64,000 nt of DNA from Botryllus schlosseri (Eukaryota): contig CM119371.1 of assembly GCA_051294905.1 (NCBI GenBank), forward strand, positions 20,958,001 to 21,022,000, given 5' to 3'. The notes below the pieces were generated by a model. That model saw only the letters and a list, made by a program, of their open reading frames with translations. It ran no database searches and was not told the origin of the DNA. Positions 38,843-52,194 of this stretch are shown here, one piece after another. The translations under genes and the position numbers were made by a program. How positions within the stretch are numbered: the stretch's first letter is position 1; every line of letters begins with the position of its first letter.

Positions 38843-41800
38843 GAGTATGCCAAAGATTATTAGCTGCTATCTTCTCGCTCGAATGTACTGCAGCGACGAA
38901 GTGCCTTAAAATCCCATTAGAAGTCGGATATGTCCGTTGTAGATGTCCCTGGCACTAACATAATAACAGAAAGGAGAGTAAAATTGATTGATGAAATTTA
39001 CCAGAAGTGAAAAAGGACATATATATGAAGATTAAATTTGTAGAAAAGAATACCTTTGAACTGTAAATTTTTTCTATATTTGGACCAGTGTCGAAAATTG
39101 AAGTGAGTTTGTGCGGATATTTTTTTCGATTTGAACAAAATGATTATAATTTTATTAATTTATACCAACATATTCATTAATTCCTGCTACGGGCGATTTT
39201 TTTTTCAAGTTATAACCCTAGGGTACACTGTCAGTTTTGGTTGTCGAGATGACGATTTACTCTTTTGACTTGAAATTAAAAGTCACGTCTAGTCAAAGTT
39301 ATCCAAAAATATCCGAAGCTAAGTTACAGCTATCCAAAATACCCGAATCAAAATCTTCAATCGAATCCGTATCCGATCCCACTGTCTCAAAATTATGCAA
39401 AATTCGATATGAATCATTTCCGAATCCGTCCGATGCTCATCACTGTATTTCATGACACCCTTGTACTTTCATGCTGTTCGCTACAATGTTAGTAACAAGT
39501 AGGTGACATGGGCACTGGACAGCGAATTCCGGTAAGGCAAGAATGTTCACACTTAGTTCACAGTTCAAAACAAAATTGCCAAAATGGTAGCAGCCTCGGT
39601 AGCAACCAGAATATTGAATAAATATTATTAAACCATTTCACGGTTACCAATTTAAAATATTTTGTCTTTCCCACCGCGCATACGCGTGGCCGACGTCACA
39701 TCACGACTAAAATAAAGGGAGCATAAAAATCTACCAACTTTTGTCATTGTAATCCGCAAGATACAGCCACTGTTTTCACGGTTTATAATCATCCAAAGTC
39801 GGTCTCTCCTTGTAATTTTGCCAATTTTTTTTTTTCGATCAAAAGTGTTGCCCATATTAAGCGTTTTGCTCCGTCTTGACAATGCAGCATACCATAGTGA
39901 AAAGAAACGCATTGAGTAGGATGTAACATTTCGGAATCATTTAACTTGTACGGCCCACAAGCGATCAGATGTGTGAATCTGACATGCGATCTTAATTGAA
40001 TTTGTCACCCATGATACAGACCAGAGGTTTCAAACATGCGGCCCGCGGGCTGCATGCGGCCTGCGAGGACATTTTATGTGGCCTGCGACAGCATTTTGGA
40101 TTTTCAAGTATCAGACAACGTATGCAACTGTCACATATCCTTTTAGACTTGAGAACGTAAATATCACTCTAAAACTAGTCCAAAAACTTGGAATCTCACT
40201 AAACTCTACTATTACATCATTTTCAAAAGTTACTCTGCGGTGGAAGATCAGCTAATATGTCACATTTGTAGTTCCTGATGATAAAACATTACGCGTTGAT
40301 GATGTGTGACTCAAAATTGTGATTTCGGTCCAAAAGTCAAAATCATAAAAGGACCTGTGACTTGGAACGCCGTTACTTTGTACACGGACGCAACAAATTA
40401 TCAAACTATTATGGGGAATAGTGACATACAAAAAGGCCGTAGCTTGCGTTGCGCAGCGTATATAACTATTTAATCAGGTCAATATGAAAATCATTGACAT
40501 TCTATTGTCCCCGTATGTATCGGTAATCACATCCTAGGTGTTCTTTCGTCTCTTTATCCATATTGTTATTGCCGGTGCCGAGTAAGGTAGTGGTACCCTC
40601 CATATAGCTGTAGCACCAATGAATTCTTTGACGATTAGACATTTCTATTCCAGGGGATCTTAACCAGGGGCCCGTGAACCCGTTCGGGGCACGAGAGATC
40701 TTTAGTAAATTCTCAAATATTCAACATATAATCGGGGCACGACAAATATCCGCGAGCTGCGATATAATAACGTCATCATTGCAAATTATTAGCAACTTCA
40801 CGTGAAGGTATACCTCACCACCGCAACGAATCGTAATGAATTGAGGATTTAGCGAAGCTCATTAATATTTGGAATCGGTTTAAAATGTCCGTCCAGATAT
40901 CATTGTAGATAATGTAAGGGTCACATAAATTGATTTAATCATTGGATTGAATATTCTGACGTCGCAACTTCAGTTGGTCTGGTACAAGATGTGTTATTGC
41001 ATGCATATTAAAAAAAAATCTTTCTCCACTTCTCTGTATTACCACATTCACCAATGAATTGTTTGAAGCCTATCATGAATGATAGTATTATTCCTCACGA
41101 TAGTTGAACTAAAATCTCAATCACACAGTGGATGTGTGGATTTGATCATTGCGTTTCGATATGCGAATGGAGCAGCGGACGATCATAATATACACAGGAG
41201 TTTCAGCCTATGATCTACCAAGGCTGTATAACTGCTGCACCCAAACCCCCGATTGCGGGACCTCGAAGGGGTCCAAGATTATTTCGTTGGTCGTTTGTTG
41301 GAAGATAAATGTAAACCTTTCGACGAAAATTTTCAAGTCGAATGAATATATTGAATATGCTCAAAATTTCTGCCACGAATTAGATATTAGAGTTAAAATA
41401 TCAGATTTTGTATCGATCAAAATGTGAAAATGTATAAACTTTGTCATTGGTAAACATCTGTTGGATAATGCCCCTTTTGCAACAAATTATCGAGACGACA
41501 GATTTCGCTTCATCGGAAGGGGCTGCTCACACTTTCATCTGTGTGACTTGGAGTCTACCTTTATCAAAATACTTCAGCCCAAGCATTCTCCACAGAAGGA
41601 GTTCTTAAAATAGGGCAGTGAACGTTCTCTATTTTGAGATTTGATTCCATGCTGGTGAAGTCATATTTTATGATACGAATATTGATATAGAATGTTCTTT
41701 CCAATTCTCTACTAGTTGGGGACGATTACCCCTGATGAGTTGGAGCCAAAATTCCGTGGGTTCATTTCAATATGAATATACTAGTCAATTGTATAAAATG

Positions 41801-42194
41801 TGCTATGTCGGTATCACTTTCAGATATTCAAATTGGTTTGGCACCACCTTAGAATATACTGTCGATGTTCAACAACATTCCGTTCCGTAAAGAATCCATC
41901 TCATCCAGCTATAAAATCACCGGAGGCATTTTAGCGCGATTCCTGACTAGTGATTGGTCCGGATTTAAAGCGTAACTCAATCGGTAAAGATAAAACCGAA
42001 GATTTCCTAACTATTCTCATATTATACTTCATTACAAGCATATGAGCTGTTTAAGGTTGAACCAGATATCGTATATAAGCATCAGCTTTGGTAAAATTAC
42101 TGGGGGATATGTTCGAACTAACACAACGAAACTGTAAAAAAAGATGAGAAACAAGTAACTTACGCGTTTAATTTTGCGCAATATTTATTTATAG

Positions 42195-42257
42195 GAAATG
42201 GGCATCATCAGGGACGAAATGGAGGATGCACAAGACGATTTTATCGACAACATCGAG
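42195..42257 (+). CDS. Helical-repeat gene, module 6 short exon
   Basis: tttatttatag|...|gttcgt; 63 nt, phase 0-0; EMGIIRDEMEDAQDDFIDNIE. Confidence 0.82.
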
Positions 42258-44425
42258 GTTCGTAAGCAATGGTAATGAACAGTCATGCATATAGGTAAAA
42301 TATATTATATGGACTGTTCCCCGAGCGTAGATTTGTCACAGACCACTAACGCCGTAATAGCGGTTCCCTAGCTGGTCGTCACGAGCATAGGGTAAAGACA
42401 TATGAAAGTTATTTATGTTTCATGGTTCTCCTGTTCTGATAGATTAATCGAGATTATCCTATTCTACTGATAATACCACCACATATTTCTATGAAGTGGT
42501 AATTCATTAGGGTTACCATATGTCCTCCTTCATGAGGATTTGTCCTCCTTTTTCAGAAAATCGAGAATGTCCTCCGTGAACGCCTAAATGTCTTCCTTCT
42601 TTTGGAATTCATACTTCCTTATAGCTCTGAAATTGAGTCTAATGAACTGTCATAACCAAATACCGCCACAAACAACGCGAAATTTACAATGCGATTGCTC
42701 GGACGGTAATATCGGTAGCAAGTATAGAAACCCGTTTTTCACACTGATCTAGTATAAACGTCGCAATACTCAGACGCCGAATACATTGTCTGGCCTGGCC
42801 CGAACCGTCATGGCGTAAACTTATATTCCCTTGCAAGTCATAGTCGAAATGTTTGGAAAATTAAGCGATGGAAGATATTGATGTTATGGGATTATTATAT
42901 CATTGGTTTGCCCCAGTTAATACAGTTGTCGACTTGTGAAACGTCAGTATGTAGCTCAACATTGTGACATTATCTCGCCTGAGTCGTCGCTAGTTATCGT
43001 GTACGTTCATATAGGCTATCACTGGTTGGAATCAGCAATATGACGTCACGTGACGTCATGAGGTTCATGTTCGCGTTCACACATAACCTTTCAAAAAGGC
43101 TCGCGTTCACACGAACCTGAACCTTTCAGAGGTTCACACCATACCTAGTAACCATATAATAATGTACTTGTACACCATACTTGGCGGTGACTCAGGCCAC
43201 ATTATGTGGAAGTACAAGCTGCCTTTTCAATCGTCCTCAACAATATTCTCTCTGAATTTTTACGTGTCCACAGAAACTCACCAACTCACTGCGCAGTAAC
43301 ATGAACAAGAGTGCGGAACATGTAGGGTGGCCAGGGCTAGAGTTCCGAATTACCAGCATTTTCGGTATTGTGTGGTGTTGATTAAAAAACTGTCATCACT
43401 TTGACTCGACTCCCGATTTCCTCGATTTTCGCTGCAACGGACACGATTTTTTATTGCATTTTGATGTTGTTGCTTCGTTTGATTGCAAATTAGTGATGAA
43501 CATCTAAAATGTTCCTCAATTTGGTCGGATGATCATCAGTGCCTTTTGCGCGGCTCCCATTTGTCTGTGCGCGCAAACTGTGTCAACAATTTAACGATCT
43601 AGGCCAGTAGACCGGACAAATTTATTGGCGTCTGACTCTTGATCTATGGATAATGATCAGAATATATGACGGATTTTTATATTTATCACTGATATTAGCC
43701 GATAAAAAATTATACAGTAGTCAACAGAACAATTGCACATATTTGGTTTTTAGGATACAATACACATATTAAATCAAGATGGATCCCGTACTCTAGCTTG
43801 ATTTTTCACATTGGACAACGATGTATTTCTTGTATCAATTTCATCAGCTGGTTGAATAAGCATCATTAGCTGACTACCTACTTTTAGCGTACTTCGTTCT
43901 TGACATTGTGTGATTGCGGGTCAATCTCACAGCAGAGAGTCACTAAATATTCACAAACAAAAAGCTGAATATTTCGAGCATATTTTTGTAACGAACCAAG
44001 TAAATTTTTTGAGATTGAGAAGGTTAATGTTCGTTTAGTGCTGATATTTTTATGCTGCCAGTGCCATGCCTTGACTGATCCGAAGATGAAATGTGAGGAA
44101 ATTCAATCAATGATGTTACAAATTGTAATACATGAAAAAAGTCTACAGTGCAGAACCTATCAAATTTCGTTTGTGTACGTGAACCTCTAAATATATGAGG
44201 CTCATTAAAAGAAGGCAAGCATTCGATTTGTATTGCTGAAATTTTGGTGCTATCAGTTTTATGTCCTGTACACCGGACGTTTGTTCGGAACAAGTGTAGG
44301 CTACATAAATTATTACATTAGACATGAGTGTAAATTCTCCAGTAGTTGCACGGTGTTCTGGGATAAATTTAATAAAGCCCGGATTCCAGCACCCATTATA
44401 AATAATATACAAATCTATATAATAG

Positions 44426-44629
44426 AGAATCCATGGTTACTCCGAAGATATGATGCGAAGATTGTACTCGGATCTATCGATAAAAACGCTTCAAAACTTC
44501 AAGGATCGTACAGAGTCGGCACTGAGTCTTGAATTGAGTCGCAATCGGCTGGCGACATGCATGGAGAAACTGCGAGAAACTCTGAATGTAGTTGCTATGA
44601 ATAAAGTTTACGAATGGATGAGGGAACAG
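44426..44629 (+). CDS. Helical-repeat gene, module 6 long exon
   Basis: tatataatag|...|gttgga; 204 nt, phase 0-0; RIHGYSEDMMRRLYSDLSIKTLQNF...CMEKLRETLNVVAMNKVYEWMREQ. Confidence 0.87.
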
Positions 44630-45748
44630 GTTGGAAATGCTATTCAATTTACAGCTAAATCTCTTATTCCTATTATCCCTATAATATATTTATTGATCGA
44701 TAGATGCGTAAGGGGCAATTCCAATGTGCGACACATTCAAATAACCTACTGTTTTGATAATTCAAATGACAAAATACGACTTGATTGAGTGAAACAGTGT
44801 CATAACTATTTGAGTCCTACGCTAATAAACCACTGTTTACTCAACTTAACGCGACTTGGAACTTTGCTTTATCGCACGCACGCACACTCACACACTGACC
44901 GGGCAATTATTATCGCTGATTTATGTCGTTGGTCAGCGATGAGAGGCTAACATATAAATTTGAGCAGAACACATCCTTCGGGCATAGTGTACACATGTTC
45001 AGGTAAATTGCATCCCGATCACCTAGAGGCCTTTGCACGGAGTTGCCCTACATTATATTACATATGTGTGGTATAGGCCTACGAACACAAAATTATTTTC
45101 TATTTAGTTCGACTAAGGTTAACTAAATGTGGTATTGTGTTATTTCTGCTGTCACCGGGGCTCTAGAGTCTTTTTTAATATTTTATCAGGTTTTATAGCA
45201 CGGACTCTCTAATAACCTAATATGTATGAATCATTGAAACACGACATATATCCCATCCTGTATAATTAAAATGTAGATAAAACAATTGAAGTGTTGCTCT
45301 TGTGTATGAGTCAGCAACTAATACATAGATGCATCTTACTAATTTTCTTATTACACACTGTAATGATTCAAGCACACACAACTACTAATAGACATTGGTC
45401 ATAAACGAAATTTGCGAAGTAGTCAAATAGTACATGTCTAGTCTATATATGCTATGCACTTAGTCAAGTATTCAAGGACTACGACTTGCAGTCTTTCTTA
45501 ATCATTTGTTCAACCCAAGCAGCTAAGCTACACTAGAAATTATATTAATTTTGTCAAGTGTGAAGTGGCGGTTGGTTATATTTACATCAATTTTACAACC
45601 AGACGATATATTTGCTCTGTCACAATACCATAGTATAATTCCAAAAATTGCATCAATTCGTGACTGCATCGCAAAGATACATTTTGCTTCTTTCTTCCTA
45701 TATGCAACTGAATTGTAGTTTGCAAACAATGTCCAATTCTATCTATGT

Positions 45749-46522
45749 CAGCGGTGGCCAACCTTTTCGGCTGTAAGTCGACCGATAGGAACGAACCGAA
45801 TTCGTTAACATTGAAAACCAGACTTATATGACTACGCTTTAAAATTGATATAACAATTATGTCATGAAAACACAGTGTGCAACTGTACAATACAGTCATG
45901 CCCTGGTCGCGCGAAGCACGAAATTTATTCAACGGTAATGAATGAATTCGGTCAATAAATATATTACTTGCATATATTGGGGGTCGTCTCTGTATAGCAA
46001 TGGGCTTATTTGGCAAGGACAAGATTATATGGCGTTTTAGACATAGCATAATATCGACGGTTTCGGTGAACATGCCTCTGTCATTTTGTGCAAATGTTCC
46101 ATCGCCGACGATCTCGCTTCGAACGCACAAGCGAGGTCCCATGTTGGAAGACACGTTGACTCCTAATTGCGAGTATAGTTGGACTAAATTCTTTAAATTA
46201 CTCGTATTTACAATTTCCAGGCGGGTTTCCAATAAATCATGCGAAGTGCCAAGAAAAATTTCAAGTCAAATGCATCTACTACGGAATATTCTACTTTATT
46301 GTCATATACGAAGATCTGCGATGAATGTGACTCGCCCCTGGTTATGCCAATGTGTCGCAACTGATGTTTTAGTCATCAAAATTCGCGGTCAGGCTAATCA
46401 AATTTTGGTTGGCCTTCGAATTTACCTGATGTTTTATCTAATTTCGAAAATTACGTCGCAGGTCAAATAAAACCTTCTCGCGGGCCACATTTGGCCTGCG
46501 ACGCACGGTCTGGCCGCCCCTG
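45749..46522. mobile_element. Non-autonomous hAT (Charlie-like) element
   Basis: TIRs CAGCGGTGGCCA / TGGCCGCCCCTG; TSD atctatgt/atctgtat. Confidence 0.7.
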
Positions 46523-46629
46523 ATCTGTATCGTTACTAATAACAGCGATTGCTGGTACATAAAAATCCTATTATAGTTATTATTCGTAATTTAAAAGATA
46601 TCTTTGAAAGCAATTGCTTTCATGATAAA

Positions 46630-46788
46630 AAAGTTGGAGTCGGAGTCGGAGTGGAAGTCAGGGTCATTTTCACAAACTCCGACTCCGACTCCAACCCCGA
46701 CTCCAGTCACAACAGCTTTAACGAATCCGACTCCGACTCCATTCAGCGAAATTTAGCCAAACTCCGACTCCACCGACTCCACAGCCCT
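46630..46788. repeat. GGAGTC/GACTCC hexamer array, end of a hAT MITE (related end at ~16810-16935)
   Basis: GGAGTCGGAGTCGGAGT followed by many CCGACT units ending in CACAGCCCTG. Confidence 0.7.
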
Positions 46789-48377
46789 GGTTGTCACAAA
46801 GTGTACATATTTAAGATCTTGAAGTCTTCCTATCTAATTCTATAACAGAATTTTGGTTCTATATATTCGAGTTTTCGATGTAGATTAATTTTAGATACAA
46901 TTTTCAAGTCGCCAAAATATGTTTCCACAAGTGGAGTGGTTATTTAATTCGTGTAAAATTACTTTATGAGTCATTCGGCTCAGATGAGACGAAACGATTG
47001 TGACCATCATGATAAATTTTCATCGCTAGTGGGTGATATTAAAAATATCCAGGGGAGGATTAGCTCGTTAGCAGCATTTCGTTCGACATTTCAGGGGTGA
47101 ATTATTTGGTAATGCACCGACGGTAATAATCAGTAAATACATTCCGAACAAGGTTTGAGTTTTTCGTTGATTTGTAGATATGCAACTAAGCAGTCCATGG
47201 ATGGCCAACCTGCAGCCGTCGACACGTTTGTTTTAAGGTCATTTGCGCAACGCAGAGTAATTTCAGTAATTATCAGTCTTTTACGTCAGGTACATCTGTG
47301 TAAGATTACGGACGGCTTCCACGTTCTCGCGCTTCCTCTCTCAGTCTCTCCCGTTTTCATGCGCCCGTAGCTTGATGTTTCCTGCCGACGTTATGGATTC
47401 GACTCACCATCACTCTAGGAATATTCAAGCACTGCTATGGCCATGACGTCAGCGATTAGGAGCCCAGCAGTGAAACCTCCGACACACAGAGACTTAGCAG
47501 AGTCGAGACTCCAACTAACAACCATTGCTGTCGTTACGTTGTCGCTTAGCACAATGAACCACTTGCTTTCGTCGACATGTGATGCAATTAGTATGTGATG
47601 GCGGTCGTCAACATAAGAATTGAATTTACGAATTGACTACCGAATTATTGAGAGATTTTAATTAATCACCGACGCCATTCAATGGTACTTTTTTTTTCTA
47701 TTTTAAATTAGTAGCGCACTTTGCAATCTGAGTATCACAGTACAGACACTGGCTACAGAGGAAAATGAAGCGTCGCATAAAGAAATACCATATGGATTCG
47801 TGTGCGTTTCTAGTGCGTTCGCGCGATCCCAATATCTTTCCACTATACCGACAATCCTGATCACAAGTCATGATATAATAGCCTGTAACAACGTGATTGA
47901 TATCAATTAAACCACCCCAAGATACATCATCATTATGACTGCATCTGATCACAACACGCATCAAGTATAAATAATTGGTAGTAGTAAGTGGAGCTACAGA
48001 TACTAATGACGCAGTTCATTCACGAATTCGATAAATTTTTTCCTAATCGCGCGACTGAAAATCCTAGTATGTATTCATAACAATTCGGTGCGTGAAGTAA
48101 GCCGTTGTGAATAAATAGATGAGTCCGCAGTTCATCGAAAAGGACAGGACATGAAATGATAACATGAATATTTGGCACCCGGGGAACTATTTACCACTGT
48201 GCAGTGCAATATAAGTGCAGTGCTATATTAGTAATAGAGATCTGGCCGCTATATTATATAACAAAATCGTTCGCCACCCCTGCAGTCTATATGATTGTGT
48301 GCCCCACGTATCATGAACTTTGAATTAAGCTGTATGCTGGTACTTTGCCTTATCTATATTATTTCAATATGAAACAG

Positions 48378-48485
48378 GAAATGCGGAGACGAATGATTAA
48401 AGAGAATTTGGAGAAACGGAATGACCGCCGCTTGAGGAGCCAATGGCTCGAATTGATGAATGAAAAAGCAGATACCAAAAAGCAG
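48378..48485 (+). CDS. Helical-repeat gene, exon 13 in window (extended helix)
   Basis: tgaaacag|...|gtatgg; 108 nt, phase 0-0; EMRRRMIKENLEKRNDRRLRSQWLELMNEKADTKKQ. Confidence 0.8.
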
Positions 48486-49092
48486 GTATGGATTGTTGCT
48501 ATTCCGTGCGAGAAAGCATTCATTTTAGATATGAATATTCGATTACACCGACTCAATTCACATTCAACTCTACTGAAGCAGTTGATGTTAATCATTTAGA
48601 TTTCTTAGGAATTAGCAGGAGAAATTTCGAAGTTAAAATACCAATGGGACTTTACTGTGCTCAGGATTGTTGTGCGTTTTGCAGAGATCTTCTCTTATTC
48701 GGATGTCTTTGATGTGTGATAGTTCTCGGATTCCAATACCATGGGCGCTCCTGTCCTATATTTATGATGGATGAAACAATTTACTCTTGTGCCCAGTTGA
48801 TTTAGGTTGTATCGAATCATGTTCTTATAGACGTAGTAAGATTATAAAACGAACTGGCGTCGTCACTCATAAGATTTATTGGTCAGAATGTACATTCAAA
48901 TGAAGGCAGTGTCGTCCAGAAGGACTTCACAACTGCAAAAAAATGCATCATTAAAGATTGTCTTGCATGAAAAGAAAATATTTTTAAATTTTTAAAAGCA
49001 TCCTAAAATGTACAATAAATATGCATGATTGTAAAGCCCACATTTGCAAATTCAGTGGGACCGTATGAAATATGAGGCATCTACATCGTAGG

Positions 49093-49517
49093 TAGGGTTG
49101 CATTTAAAACAAACGGTGTTTAAAAACACTCTATTTGAAACATGTTTTAAACAGTATTTTAAAACAAGGCCTAAAAAATGTATTTTTTTAAGTTGTAAAA
49201 TAATGTCATAATTGTGAAAACATTTTGTATGAGCCTACGGACGATTACCACCCGATATAGGCGACGTATATCGATATGGGATGGTTGGAACCCTTAATAG
49301 TCTGTTCAACAGCAATAGTACATATATTTCGTCAAATGAGCTATTTTTACCCTATATTTTCAGTTGCCAATGTCATCCACTGTGACTTCAAAATTAAATA
49401 TTCGTGATGTCATGACTTTTTAAAAGCCTAACAAGCAATAGAAAAACATGTTTCAAATTAGGGCCTTGTTTTAAACATGTCTGTTTTAAATTGATTTTTG
49501 TTTTAAATGCAACCCTG
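49093..49517. mobile_element. MITE (hAT) with TTTAAAAC repeats
   Basis: TIRs TAGGGTTGCATTTAAAAC / GTTTTAAATGCAACCCTG; perfect TSD atcgtagg. Confidence 0.9.
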
Positions 49518-50252
49518 ATCGTAGGTAACCCTTGATCATGCTAAATTACCAATAATAAATTAGGTTGTTTTGCCACGATCCACTGGTTTTAGAATTGTCT
49601 ACTTCAAGACGCGTAGCAATAGTTTTTTTTTGCACTGGAAAAAATGTGATCGAAAATTGATGCCAACTTGTACTAAAGCTAATCGCAGTGCTCTTTTGGT
49701 CAGAATGTCCAGAACAGGGGTTGGCATACTACGGCTCATGACATCACTTTGTGCGTCCCGCGAAGGCATCGAGAAACGTAACAAAAATGTAGATATACAT
49801 TTGGTTGTTGGCGCAATACTGTCCTCGAGGCTAACGTATTTTGGAACATATCGATTACTTAATATCCAGGAATATCAAAACGGAAATGACTTAGTTCGGA
49901 TCACAATTGTGATTCATAAGTACACTCTAAATCGGCAAGGTCGTATTGAACACTTCATAACATTTTATTCTGCGTACAGACACACTTTTTGGGCATATGA
50001 ACGCATTGGGCCATTATCGTCGCAACACTTCTACGTATTTCTCCGTTTATATGTAACACTTCGCCACTGCGGCTTACTTTCAAGAAAATTTATACTCCGT
50101 TATTTATCATCAATTTCGCATTCATAAACTATCGGTAGGTTCGGGGATCACATAAAATCATGGTGTATGTAAAATAATATTATTCAACTGACCAAACCAC
50201 CAAGTTTAAGGGTAATATTTGAACAAAATATACATATTTCCCTGTGACGCAG

Positions 50253-50431
50253 AGGGGTCACCACCTTCGTTACGGTAGAGCGCGCTCGATTTCAGTTTGG
50301 AATTTGAATTGGTGGTTCGTCAGGCTTCAGGCAGAGAGTAGGGTACACGAACAGAGTTGGCGGAATGGATATATTGAAGCAGTTTCTGCTACCTGATGGA
50401 GTAAAGGATCATAACATCCATGTACTGTAAG
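50253..50431 (+). pseudogene. Decayed atlastin-like G-domain exon A1 (pre-P-loop)
   Basis: gacgcag|...|gtatgg; FVTVERARFQF...MDILKQFLLPDGVKDHNIHVL* vs atlastin ALNRILLSEAVRDKEVVAV; in-frame TGA at 50305 and TAA at 50428; ends in phase 1. Confidence 0.6.
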
Positions 50432-51741
50432 GTATGGAAATGCGGTAAATGTTATTGAATATATGTAATGTGAGAATAGTCATAAAATGAGCTCGTTTTG
50501 ACATGGCAATAAGGTCGTTTGTTTTAGCTGTTTTAGTAGAATACTGATATCCCTTATTCATATGAATGTTCTTTTGAAGTTTTCTAGTATATGATTCGTC
50601 CGATCTTATTGCTGGATGATCGAGCTCCGAATCTGATAATATACCAGGCTGCGACCAGGTCCAGTACTACGGTACTGATGGGAAGCTGATATCCAACTAA
50701 CTTTTTGACGTATAGATAAAGGGATGTTCTCTCTATCCACACTGAAATATCCCTATGTAGGCGATATTGTGGTCCATTGTGGACAAGTACTGCAATTTCA
50801 GCAATTGAATACCGGTATGACAGCCATGCAACGGTTTGGGTGGTTTTTCAACTGCAACACATTTTACACTGTACTGTTGATTCCAAGTGGTAAGGTTTTA
50901 ACTAAGACAGTTTTTTTGACATGTCAAAATAGGTCAAAATTTTGTCAAAATTGTACCATTAGGTTAAAATTGCAAAAATTGTTTACAAAGTCAAATTTTT
51001 TTTGGCAACTTGCATTTCGTTTGTATCATAGATGATTGCACTGTCGGTGAACTTATCATTTTACAATTTACATCTGGTAGCCTACTTTATAGTTCTACCG
51101 TTGTAGACGGACCATCGTCTGCTCATTGTGAATCAGAAACTGTCAAATGAAATAAATGCTCAACGTAGCCTACTGAATTATCCTAACTGAAGCAAGATTG
51201 CGTGGGCATTGGTTCTTCTATTAGAAACCGTATGATGAAAAATTGCGATGTAGACAACTTTGTCACATTGAAGCAACACGGTGTGTCACCTGCAGTGTAC
51301 CCACAACTTCAGTGTTGACGGCAAACAACTGCTGCTGGTGAACGTTTTTTCCCCATTCTTGCCAAGCTACTTAGTAAGGACAGACACTTTCTACCCGAAA
51401 ATGTGGGAAAGTATCTTTCGTTAAACTACAACAAAGTTTTAATTATTTCTACCATAATACGAGATGTAACTAATACTGGAATTCTTCATGGGTCTAGATT
51501 TCGATAAAATAAGGTTTCTTCATGTAAAAATTTGTCAGTTTTCTTGCCAAAAGATATTTTTTAGGTCAAACTACTTTGGAAGAATAGACAGCTCCAGCCA
51601 GAAATAAAGATAAGTACCGGTAGTACAATTCTAATATTATGTCAGAAACACCTAATTCAAGTACATGGGGTCAAACTTAAGTTTTTTATCGTCAAAATAT
51701 GTGTGAATGTGGATTTTTTAGTCAAAATCTTCCATTTTTAG

Positions 51742-51896
51742 GTCCACAAAATCGCCCCAATAACAGCACAGCCAAACAAACAATCTTTTCAACAAACCAT
51801 GGATCACAAGGGGTAATATTTGTTTTGCCCAATCCTCAAATTTGACTTTCCCGAGTTTATTATGATACGGTCACTGAACTAAACTCTATTTTGCAG
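51742..51896 (+). pseudogene. Decayed atlastin-like G-domain exon A2 (P-loop/switch 1 region, motifs lost)
   Basis: catttttag|...|gtagta; phase 1-0, matching the phase-1 end of A1; GPQNRPNNSTAKQTIF...PQI*LSRVYYDTVTELNSILQ; TGA at 51843. Confidence 0.5.
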
Positions 51897-52194
51897 GTAG
51901 TATGTATTGAAATTGACACCTTTTTGAAATGCATTTGCTGTATGGAATACTGGTAAGCATCACGGTGTTTTGTAAGTGAACTGGTATATCCGTAATGAAT
52001 TTGAGTCTGTTGCATTCGGTTATCTTCGTGCTAAAGATTTTTATGAATGTTTGCTGATAAAATTTCACTAAAATTGTTAGCAATCCAGGAAGTATACTAC
52101 CCGTGCCATTTCATTACCTAATTATTCTATGAAAGACACCCTTCTGTGACACAGAACTTATTGCAGAAAACAGCAACTGTATTCAGTATGATAT

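Larger units (their letters stand above)
35387..39445. mobile_element. hAT element with ATCCGA repeats, hosting further insertions
   Basis: TIRs CAGAGATGAGC / GCTCATCACTG; TSD aattccat/tatttcat. Confidence 0.7.

Noticed and set aside
38943..39010. Purine-rich exon-like stretch
   Set aside because: Lies inside a nested transposon, ends in a stop, and would break the short/long exon alternation
45582..46232. 216-aa minus-strand ORF and the overlapping 156-aa plus-strand ORF
   Set aside because: They cross or lie within a hAT element (45749-46522), show no recognisable motif, and are most likely chance ORFs
49570..50127. 185-aa plus-strand ORF
   Set aside because: No motif, no matching splice sites, and composition unlike the real exons
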